Shown here piece by piece: positions 46,491-64,000 of a DNA stretch of 64,000 nucleotides. Source of the stretch: the human T2T-CHM13v2.0 reference genome, Homo sapiens; NCBI RefSeq assembly GCF_009914755.1, contig NC_060942.1; one strand, written 5' to 3'. A program made the translations under genes and the position numbers. The notes below the pieces were generated by a model. It ran no database searches. It worked only from the letters and a program-made list of their open reading frames with translations, and was not told the DNA's origin. The first letter of the stretch is position 1. Each line of letters begins with the position of its first letter.

Positions 46491-46890
46491 GCTAAAGGCA
46501 GATCAAAGACAAGTATGAAAAATGAAGTATGAAGCTCAGGCTTATTCAAACCCCAAGCACATAGAGTTTCATAACTCTATGTGCTTGGGGTCACTCATTT
46601 AAAGCAAATGTGCTTCTTTCTAAAATCTTATTTTGATTTTTTCAAAATTTTCACCTATGTTTAGGGAATATGTTGTCAAATCATGTTTTCACGTTATATA
46701 CACTTTGTTGATTTATATTTTTTTAAGAGCCTAGGAGGAGGCTTCCAGAAAGCACCTGTTCATTCTGGTTTTGGTGAACCAGTTGACTATTGTTTGGTCA
46801 CTAAGCTAAAAGCAGATCAAAGATGAGTATTAAAAATGAATTAGGAGGTCCAGGCTTATTCAAACCCCAAGCACATGGAATTTCACTCAT
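46491..46890 (+). repeat. Local direct duplication of ~81 bp (46491-46571 and 46805-46885); copy 1 carries a perfect hairpin
   Basis: Ungapped manual alignment gives 11 mismatches in 81 nt. Confidence 0.9.
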
Positions 46891-47189
46891 CGAAAACCTC
46901 CTTTGGTCCAGAGATGTAGGACTACTTTTCTTACTGTAGGTGGCCTTCACGTTGGCCACCAGCTACCTGGGGCAGGGGGCAGGGTAGGAAGTGGCTGCGG
47001 ACGTTTGGCCATGGGAAAGTGGAGTTCTGACTCTGGAGGCCCCAGAAAAACCAGGGAGGCCTATCTAGACAGGGGGAGAGGAGAAGCCACTGTGCCCTCT
47101 AGCCCAGAATTGTTTCTTCAGACATTTTGAAGTCTCTTCTCTTCCTGTTCTTTTGTCCCATACTCACCAAAATGCCTCATAGGTTCTAT

Positions 47190-48650
<1,461 letters not shown>

Positions 48651-48783
48651 ATTTCCCCTTAAAGTGGTTGTTTTTTGAACTTTACATAACAGTAACTTCT
48701 TGAGAAGATGGTCATGTATTTACGTATATATTTGGGACACTCTTTTCTCAGAGCCTTTGAAACACCTGCAACTACCAGAGGAG

Positions 48784-48860
48784 TTTTTTTTTTTTTGAAA
48801 CGGAGTCTCCCTCTGTCGCCTAGGCTGGAGTGCAGTGGCGTGACCTCGGCTCATTGCAAC
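48784..48860 (-). mobile_element. Heavily 5'-truncated Alu
   Basis: Only ~65 nt of the 3' end plus tail; TSD ccagagg(a/t)gt. Confidence 0.85.
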
Positions 48861-48929
48861 CCAGAGGTGTCAGTTCTTACAGGTTCCTTACACAGCATGA
48901 GTTTGAAGCTTAGGGTATTGATTGGCCCT

Positions 48930-49560
48930 GCCTGAAGCGTTAGTGAGAAACCGTGGGCTTTGAACCTCGGCAGGGCTGTGAACCAAGAGCAGATGCTGCA
49001 GTTCTTCTCCTCAAGGCCTCCAAAAAAGCGTCATGAGAAATAAAGGAACTGTGCAGCCAGGGGCAAAATGCCTCCCGCAACTCCAGGGGCGCCATTCACA
49101 GGAAGCCAGCGTGGACGCCCCTGTGCAGGCCTCTGGGAGCAAGAAAGCTTTTTTCCAAGATATGGGGATGGACAATTTTCCTGAGGCGCAGACCTTAGGG
49201 AGCTTCCCGGGAGAAAGGCTGTTTCCTGTCTTGGGCGTGGAAGCGGATCCGCCCCCTGAGTCTGAGAGGACATGGCGGTCGGTAAACAGGACTTAATTCT
49301 GTTCCTCATCCACCCAGAACCCTCCCTGAGGGCCTCCCCTGCACTTTGGAAACAGCCCAAGCTTTGAAATCAGGAAGTTTGAAGACTGGTTCTGCTACTT
49401 CCAGGCTGTGTGGCCTTGGGTAAGTTCCTTGCCCTCTCTGCTTCAGGTTGCGCATTTGTGGAACCAGTTAACTGTATATAACCGGCTGAGTTCCCGCACT
49501 GAATAAGGAGAAGTCGGTCTTTCTTGGTAGATGCCGTGCCTGCGTTTGTGCGGTTGAAGG
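48930..49560. promoter_or_regulatory. Candidate CpG-retaining regulatory element
   Basis: Non-Alu DNA with visibly more CpG than its surroundings; GC-box-like ccgcccc, ETS caggaag and FOX-like gtaaaca motifs. Confidence 0.35.
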
Positions 49561-50626
49561 AAAGGAGGAAAATGAGAAGGGCCAAGATTGACCTGACTTG
49601 ATTTACGGGAAAGAAGAGACAGTTGCTGGAGGAAGAAGGACCCATCCACTGGAAAAGGATGAGAAAAAGGAGAGAGAGAGAAGTCAGAGGCTGGGTTGGG
49701 AGTGAATTTGGGAGATTGTGGAGGAAAAGAGGAGAGAGATTTGTGGGGTAGCTGTAGGACATGCGACTGTATTTAGAAAGGGAGAGAGTTGGGAGACTTT
49801 GTGGGATTATTAAATTTCCCTTTAGCATTTGTAGAGGGCATTCCATTAAATACGCCAATGGTTTTATCAAACAGGTTGTTTAAAATCATTTTCCTCTGTC
49901 ATCTTATCCAAGAATAAAATAAGAACAGAAATATCCAGAAGCCTGTTAGCAGTCCCCACCTTAGCTCCATTCTCACTCCCAGCTGTCAACTCTATGAGGT
50001 CAAGGTCTCTAACACAACTGGGTCCCTGGCGGCTCACAGCCGTGGCTGCTGGCACGGGAAAGATGCCGATCATATGTGTCATTGAATTTATTGCTTTCTG
50101 TGGTTTCAAGCCTGAAAAAGTTAAGAGAGAGTTACAGCCTCCTTTGACGTTATTGTCATCGGTCATGGGCCCCATGAGGTGGGATGTGGAGGTAGCCACT
50201 CTCTGGGAATCTCTGAGATGAGCACACATAAACTTTCTAGAAGCATCTGCACAGAGCCCATTTATGCCATTCAAAGCTTCCTGAATCCAAAGGAAACCTT
50301 GTAAAAAGTCAGCTAAAACACTTGAGCATTTAGAAGCATTTCCTGATCTTTTGGTTCTAGCAAATAGCACAGTGGAAAAAACAAATACCTTGAAGTTGAA
50401 GGAAATGTCTTTATTTATACCCACAGATCCCCCGTGGGTATAACCATGGTGAACTGACAAGGTTTAATATTTGGTGCAAGCATCTGAACACATATTGTTA
50501 ATCTTCCTTTTTTCTGTCTTATAATATTCAGTTGCTTAGTGGTCCCTAAAGTGCAGGGGGGTAGTTTTATATAGGAATTATATTTGGAAATAGAGTCAGA
50601 GGAATTCCTGAAGATTGAGTCATTGC

Positions 50627-51010
<384 letters not shown>

Positions 51011-51549
51011 TAAATCAAGAAGATAAGTAAACTTTGTTTCCCTCTTACCATCCAGCTTCTCACACCCATCTGGTTCTATCCTGCAGAATGCTGTCATTCA
51101 CTTCTCCACCACCCCCACGTGCAGTGTATAGAACTGATGATATCATCCCTTTATTTCTGATGGGAGAAAATAAAGCACATCTGTCGGATCACTTAGGAAA
51201 CAGAAATGCCCCTGATGGGGCTGGTGTGGCATTTAGATTAAGGCAGGCCTCCACGCCCAGACCTTTCCACGTGATATAGACAAAAGGACGGCAAACCAGA
51301 CCTATGTGCTTCAGTTCTAGGGAACGCAAAGCACCTATTCCCACAGTCTTAAAGATTAACTGCAGGATGAATTGCAAGTACAGACATTCACCAAAATTCC
51401 TCCCACCCTCCCTCTACTCTCAGGAGAGAACGGGCTGTTGTAAATGTGCACCCCTGGGGCCTTGAGATGTTTTCAAAGGAAACAGCCGAACTGGCATTCC
51501 CATCTATATTTAAGGGCCAACTTCCACACCACTAAAGAGAAATAATGGT

Positions 51550-52070
51550 ATTTTTTTCCTTGAATAGAAAAAGTAATATAAGTGAGTGTGGAATGTTTAA
51601 AAACACATAAAAGAGACAAGAAAAATAAAATCACTCAGAATTCTAAAATTTTGGTATAAATCATTCTAGGCTGCTTATCTGCAAGTTAATGTTTATGGAA
51701 TATATATATGTGTGTGTATATATCTATATGATGAAAAAATGACATTGTACATTTGCTTGAGAATCTGATTTTTTAAAATTAGCTATATAACGTAAATATA
51801 CTTCCATTTCATTAAATGTTATTTCGTATCAGCATTTGAAATGGCTATATAGTTGTTGGCTATGTAGTGTTGCTTTATAGTGATCTATTTAAGCAGTCCC
51901 AATGGCTAGACATTAATTCCAATTTTCTGCTATTAAAAACAATACTTCAAGGAGCATCTTTGTGTACAAATCTTGGCAGACCTGTGAAATAAATTCTTTG
52001 GCATGAATCTGAAAATGTCGAAATGCCAGGTCACAGAGCATGCCAATTTTAAAGGTTTCTGACATGCAAC
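51550..52070 (-). mobile_element. L1ME-like 3' fragment
   Basis: aaagtaatata..ttccaattttctgctatta..catctttgtgtacaaatct. Confidence 0.6.
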
Positions 52071-53588
<1,518 letters not shown>

Positions 53589-54016
53589 TCTTTAAAAAGA
53601 AAAAAAAATTTTTTATTGACATATAAGCATTGTATATATTTAAGGTCTACAACTTGACACTTGAGGGATTAAAGAGAGGTAAGATTTTAAAAGGTGAATA
53701 ACTAAGGGAGAAGGGGTGAGTAGCTGGTAACAGGGGGTGAGGAGGGGCTGTGGAAAGGAGCATCTGAAGTGAACCTTACAGGTAGAGCTGAGGGAGAGAG
53801 CATTCTTGGCTTCCTGTCCCTGTAGGATTATAAAAGATGTTACCAGCCAAATACCCTTGAAGCTTGAAATCAACCCACAATGTCCAAAGGAGGAGTTCAG
53901 TGAGGAGCTAAAGAAGAGGAATTAGCGCTTCTTTAACCTGTCTTTTGCATTTATATTGTCCTTGTGATATTTTTTGGTGTATAGATGATTTTCTTTCTTA
54001 TGGAGTTAAATCTTCT

Positions 54017-54308
54017 TTTGTTTGTTTGAGATGGAGTCTTACTCTGTTGCCCAGGCTGGAGTGCAGTGGTGCAATCTCAGCTCACTGCAACCTCCAAACT
54101 CTCGGGTTCAAGCGATTCTCCTGCCTCAGCTCCTGAGTAGCTGGGACTACAGGTGCACACCACCATGCCCGGCAAATTTTTGTAGTTGTAGTAGAGATGA
54201 GGTTTCACCATGTTGGCCAGGCTGGTCTCGAACTCCTGACCTCAGGCTATCCACCAGCCTCGGCCTCCCAAAGTGCTGGGATTACAGGCATGAGCCACTG
54301 CGCCTGGT
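54017..54308 (-). mobile_element. AluSx-like
   Basis: TSD ttatgga(g/a)ttaaatctt. Confidence 0.95.
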
Positions 54309-54337
54309 CACTTATGGAATTAAATCTTTTTGGATGG

Positions 54338-54705
54338 TGTGGTATATTGTATTTTCCAAGGGTGGCTGCACGAATATATATTCCACTCTAGATTCTTTTC
54401 TTAGAATGTGACCTTAGCAGGCCTCATTAAGAGGTAGAGTTTGTGTTCCCTCCCCTTGAACTTGGGTGGAACTTTGTAACTGCCTCAACCAATAGAATGT
54501 GGCAGAAGTGACATCCGAGGCTCAGTCCTAGAAAGCAACGTGGTTCTGGGGGACTCTCTTGCTTTCTCTTGGGATGCTTCTTCTCTGAACCCAGCCACCA
54601 TATTGTGAGGAAGTCCAGGCCACACGGAGAAGCTAGATGTGGATGTTCTGACCAAGAGCCCCAGCTAGATTCCCAGACAATCACCAGACAGGTAAGCAAG
54701 GAGGG
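54338..54705 (+). mobile_element. MLT1 (H/G-like) MaLR LTR
   Basis: ctccccttgaacttgggtgg..accaatagaatgtggcagaagtgac..cagccaccatattgtgaggaag. Confidence 0.78.
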
Positions 54706-54744
54706 CTTGGGGCTTGTGATGTAACTGACATCTTGAAACGATCA

Positions 54745-55070
54745 TTGTGGCTTCTGGAGACTTGATTGTGGGGAAGGGAACTGCAGACCAGGAGTGGAAG
54801 CAGGGAGACCAGAGAGGACTCTGTAGAGTGTCCAGGAGAGAGATGATGTGGTTTGGATTAAGGTTAAACCCGTGGCATAGGTGAAAAGTGCTCCTATATG
54901 GGAAATGTTTTGAAGATGGAGGGCACAGGACTTGCTGATGGACTGAATGGAGGGTGAGGGAAAGAGAGAACTTACTGACAATGTCTAGATTTCTGGCCTG
55001 GGCAATTGGGTATCAGATAAGTGATGAAATCACTTACTGAGATGAGGATGCCTGAGAGATGAGCAGCTTA
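54745..55070 (-). mobile_element. L2 fragment
   Basis: ggaagcagggagaccag..gagagatgatg..caggacttgctgatggactga. Confidence 0.75.
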
Positions 55071-55115
55071 AGATCAGCTTCACCTGAGCAAGTTCTGTGA
55101 GAAGCTTCTTAAATC

Positions 55116-56123
<1,008 letters not shown>

Positions 56124-56361
56124 GCTCATAGAGCCTTGTCATTGGATGAGATACTTAGGAAGCGAGTGTAGACAGGAGAAGTCCTGGACTGGCCTGGGGA
56201 CACTCAACATTTGGAGACTGAGAGGAGGAGGGTCAGTGGGCAGAGGGAAACCTGGAGCAAAAGACACTTCTTGCAGTGACTGCTACTTCCTGCTGAAGTT
56301 CCTTAGGGAATGGGGTCAGGATAGGTTCTCTCTCCTTTCCCCATTGTGTGTATATGTGTCT

Positions 56362-56982
<621 letters not shown>

Positions 56983-57984
56983 ACAGGACAGGTCTTGCCT
57001 CAGCTGCAAGCTGGTGCCAGAACCAGCCATCCCTGGTTCTGGGACGTCCATGGGCATGGCCTGGGGGCTCACTTGAGCAAAATTCCATGGCCCCACGAAG
57101 ACAACCAGAGTCCCCCGTACCTCTCCATCCCGCACAGGCTCAGTCTTCCAAAACACTGCGGTGTGGGAGGGGGTTGCCTCAGTCCAGTCAAAACCCATTT
57201 TTTTAGAAAACCATTTATGCCGCTTCTTTAAGAGCTAAAGAATCCTCCAATTTACTCAACTCTAAAAAAAACCTTAACACCCAAACAGTAGCATCTGGAC
57301 ATAAATTTAACTAGATTTCAGAGTTTTCTCTAAGAATAGTTGGTGAATGTTGCTTTACGTCTTGGAGAATTTCCTAAACTAAGAGAGTCCAAAGATAAGG
57401 ATTATTTCACTTCCAGGAAACAAAACTGCCATTTAGGTCCCTAAATGGCAGATCCCAGGTAACAGTACAAAACAAGTCTCTCTTTACAAAGCCCCTGCTA
57501 TTGTAGTTAAAATAAACAGTCCATGTGTTAGAGTTGGAAATTCTATTGTTATATAGATATCTTGCTGAAATGGGTTCTGACCTCTACAAAGAGTTCTCAA
57601 GAATGAAACACGTGATGTTCCTTTAATGTTGTTTTTGCTCATGCAAATGACATCCTATTACACCCACGGATGCTTAACTACTAAGTTAAAACAACTACAT
57701 GGCAATTTTGATCACTCCAGAGTCCCCTCACTGTTTTGTGGTTTTATGTAATTCGCATATTGTGTACAAAAAGACTTGACCTGGAGCCGGCAGCAAGAAA
57801 TGTGTAATTAGAAACACTTCCCGAGGAAATTAGGTGACAAGTGAAGGCTTGAGGATTTCCGAGGGAGCCTGGAGCTGCAGATATTCATTATGGGTACTTA
57901 AGAGGCACAGCTGCCTCTGCTGAAAACCATGTCAAATGCCGTCCGCTGGATGCCAGCGTGGAGGCCAGCCCAGAGCCAGAGATG

Positions 57985-57998
57985 GTGGCTATGGCAAC
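57985..57998. promoter_or_regulatory. RFX X-box-like motif GTGGCTATGGCAAC
   Basis: Near match to GTTGCCATGGCAAC in a repeat-poor block. Confidence 0.3.
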
Positions 57999-58639
57999 AC
58001 GCTACTCCATTTTTAAACTTTTCATTACCTAAAAGGAAATTGCTTAGGCTGTTTTTCTTTTTTTCCTTTTTCTCCCTACCAATTTCAGAGTTTGTACCAG
58101 CAGTGAATAGCCTCCAGGTCTAACATTTCCTGGGTAATGAGTGACTAGCTGGGTGAAGTGCTTTTGGCCTTACCTCCAGCCTTGGCAACTCCAGCCAGTT
58201 ATTAATTGCTGCACCGGGAAACACTTTCCAATCAAGCTATTATTTAATCAAAATAAAAGAAAACGAACTATTATTGCTGTCAACAGCAATGAGCAACTCT
58301 CCGCAGGAGTCTAAATGGGAACTGTGGAGGTTTTCACTGGAAGAAGTGTTCCTCTGGGGGTCAGATAAGCAGGGCAACGTGAAGTTGCGTGGAGTACCCT
58401 TGGGAACTGGTTCTTGTGGGAGGAGAGAATGTTGAACCAGCAGGAAGACGCAGAGAGATTACACACACCCTGTCCTAGATCTCAGTCATTCATGGTCAGT
58501 TAACCTGTAACCTTGCTGTTAAGCCAGTGCCCCAAATGCTTCTGTGGGAGTGTCTGCAGGGGAAAAGACAGTCCATAGAAGCATTTGGGCTGCTTCTATA
58601 AGCAATAAATAGTAAAACCTGTAACCACCATAATAACCA

Positions 58640-58850
58640 CACTTCCTGAGTACCCCCAATGTGCCAGGCAGGCACTGTGCCCCCAGGTTTATACTCAGAT
58701 CTCAAGAGTTCCCCACATTGCCACTGTGGGGAGAGTATAGTCACGATCCCTCTTTCACAGGGACACTGAGTCCGAGAGAGATGAACTTGGCCAAGACCCA
58801 CCACACCCTGGTGTGAATAGCAGAGCCGGGGCTTGACTTCTAGTCTCTGC
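58640..58850 (-). mobile_element. MIR
   Basis: atgtgccaggca..actgagtccgagagagatgaacttggccaagacc. Confidence 0.65.
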
Positions 58851-58864
58851 ATCGAGCAGTTGCT

Positions 58865-59343
58865 TTTTTTTTTCTTTAAGTGACAATATAAACATAACAT
58901 AAAAGTGACCATCTTAACCATTTTTAAGTGGATAGTTCTGTGGCAGTAAGTACATTGACATTGTATGCAACTATCACCACCAACCATCTCTAGAACTTTT
59001 TCATATCCCCAGCTGAAACTCTGTACCCATTAAACACTAACTCCTCATTCCCTCCTTCCCCAAGCCCCTGGCAACCACTATTCTGTCTCTAACAGCGTGA
59101 TGATTCCATGGACCTCACATGAGTGAATCATACACTATTTGTCCTTTGGTGACTGGCTTGTTTCACTGAGCGTAACGTCCTCAGGGTTCATCCACGTTGT
59201 AGTATGAGTCAGAATTGCCTTCCTACTTAAGGCTGAATTACATTCCATCGTTTGTATACACCACATTTTGTTTATCCATTCATCTATGGATGGACATTTG
59301 GGTTGTGCCCATGTTTTGGCTGTTGTGAATCATGCTGCTATGT
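58865..59343 (-). mobile_element. L1MB 3' end
   Basis: acataacataaaa..ccatcttaaccatttttaagtg..taaggctgaat..ttatccattcatct. Confidence 0.88.
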
Positions 59344-59346
59344 TTA

Positions 59347-59681
<335 letters not shown>

Positions 59682-60059
59682 TAAGATTCATTGCCCCTGG
59701 GAGTAGTTGCTCTTCAAGGATAACACATGGCTCAGGGACTGCCTGTCACACCCCAACCTGAGAATCAGCAGAGACTACCACGGGGCCCATCAGGCCACTA
59801 GGCAGGTGCCACTCCCCTGGCAGGGAGAGAGGTGCCGGTGGCCACCGACCTCATAGGGTTCCACAGCTCCACACTGGCATGTTGCGGGAGGAATTTCAGT
59901 GTTCAATCCCAGGCTGTTTCTCTGAGTCTTAGGTTCTGGGATAAACAAGCTCCTTCAAGTCCAAACTGCTCAGATTAGACTTTACTGATAGATTCCACAC
60001 CTGGAATCCTGCTCCGGGACTGCAGTCTCATCCTCCAGCTCCTGCAGGCTTCTTCTAAG

Positions 60060-60290
60060 CTGGTGGGTCTCAGCAGGGATGGGGGTGAGTGGTACTCCAC
60101 ACCCAGGGGACACCACCCACAGGAAGCTTTGTAGACATGTGAAGGGCATATGTGGTTGTCATAATGGTTGGGGGACACTGTTAATATTTATGTGAGGCCA
60201 GGGACTCAGGTGACCTGCAGTGTGTGAGGCAGTCACCCACAACAAAGAATTGTCCTGCATCCTGAACCAATTTCAAACAACCCATTAACA
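60060..60290 (+). mobile_element. MER20/MER20B-like hAT relic
   Basis: ggttgtcataatgg..ggccaggga..cccacaacaaagaattgtcc. Confidence 0.6.
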
Positions 60291-60377
60291 TTTGTCTCCT
60301 AAGCTGTGTGACCTAAGTGCCACCTGCCTCCCCGGTTCCTCTCCCTCCTCTCTCATGCTTAAAGATAAGCCATTTTT

Positions 60378-61078
<701 letters not shown>

Positions 61079-61214
61079 CGTGGGATTTGTTCTTTAAGGC
61101 TCAGATTAAATGTACCTATGTACGAGACTTCCCCAGAACTTCCCAGTAGCATGTGTCAGTCCCTAAATGGGACCTCGTAGCTCTTGGTATGTTCATGCAT
61201 TTCAGAAATACTTT

Positions 61215-61560
61215 CTTCTTTCTGAGTACCTACTATGTGCCAGGCACTAGGGTAGGCTAAGAATTTAAAGATGAATAAGACAGAGTCCTTGTCCTCAAGG
61301 AATTCCCAGGGAAGTCAGAGACAGACAGCGATCACCATGCAAGGCAACAAATGCCAAAGAGAGGAGGACTGCAGTGTGGGAGCCGTGGAGCCACGAAGAA
61401 GCCCTGGGACTCTTGGAAGACTCCACTGGGAAGAGGTGGTTTAAACTGGGTTTTGAAGAATCGAGAAGGAGAATCAGCCAAAGAAATGTGCCAAGATGCC
61501 AAGCTGAGATAATTCCATAGGGCTACAGTGTAAGAGACAGATCCAGGAAGGTGGGTCCAG
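61215..61560 (-). mobile_element. L2 3' fragment
   Basis: tgagtacctactatgtgccaggcact..gatgaataagacagagtccttgtcctcaagga. Confidence 0.78.
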
Positions 61561-62094
61561 GAAGGTGGCAGGGCCACATCCTGACAAGCCACTGCTGTTA
61601 ATGATGAAGAGCAGGGAGCCTGTGCAGCCTTGGATTTCATGGGATAATGCCTCCCAAGGCCCTGCTTGGGACATTAGGCACTCACCCAGCCTCCTGCCCA
61701 TGCCAATGGAGCAGGGGTTCCCTCCAAGTCCTGTCCCGGAATGGTTCTGTTCCCAGGGAGGATAGGAACTCGAATTTGTGGAGCAGCTACTTGATGTGCC
61801 AAACATTTGTGTTCTCTTCAGCAAGAGGATACTTGCTGGTGTGCCTGGGAGACTGTCCCAGGATAAATGGGGAGTGTCTTTCTAGAATGTTAATTGCACT
61901 CAAAGATTGGGGAGGGAAAATCAATTAGTGTAAATGGTAAATAACTTAAAACATTATTTTTACATCACATCAATAGTGGATATATTATGGAGCAGAATGC
62001 TAAAGTAACACACATTTTTCTTAATTTCATTTATCATTTGGAAAGGTAACACGAGCTCATGATACAAAATTCAAAACATGTAAGAGTTTAGAAT

Positions 62095-64000
<1,906 letters not shown>

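Noticed and set aside
49078-49095. CTCF-like ctccaggggcgcca
   Set aside because: One base short of the core spacing; weak match
49867-50460. Longest ORF in the track (197 aa, - strand) and the adjoining 166-aa ORF at 49370-49870
   Set aside because: Both start at TTG, show no recognisable domain or exon context, and ORFs of this length can arise by chance

Overview
Primate (human-like) non-coding genomic DNA from a very Alu-dense region. I find no protein-coding exon, RNA gene or processed pseudogene that I can support, and I cannot name the locus. The long ORFs in the track are Alu, LTR or low-complexity translations, or start at TTG/GTG. By manual count there are roughly 80 Alu-derived segments (AluJ/S/Y plus FAM/FLAM monomers). 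Other repeats: about a dozen solo or partial LTRs (THE1, LTR26-, MER57-, LTR8-, MER41-, MER66-, MER4E-, MER31-, MLT2-, MLT1-like), several with intact target-site duplications (TSDs); DNA-transposon relics (Tigger4/Zombi, MER58, MER20); old L1M/L2/MIR fragments; and microsatellites. All subfamily names come from recalled consensus sequences and need RepeatMasker/Dfam confirmation. I see no evidence of a new multi-gene system. The most unusual items are (i) an Alu with an inverted left arm inside one TSD pair, matching L1 twin-priming geometry (45.6-45.9 kb); (ii) an 81-bp local duplication in which one copy has gained a perfect 19-bp hairpin (46.5-46.9 kb); (iii) other perfect hairpins in unique DNA; (iv) a higher-order GAAA/GGAA purine array (33.1-33.45 kb); and (v) candidate regulatory islands with RFX X-boxes, DR0/ERR motifs and retained CpGs.
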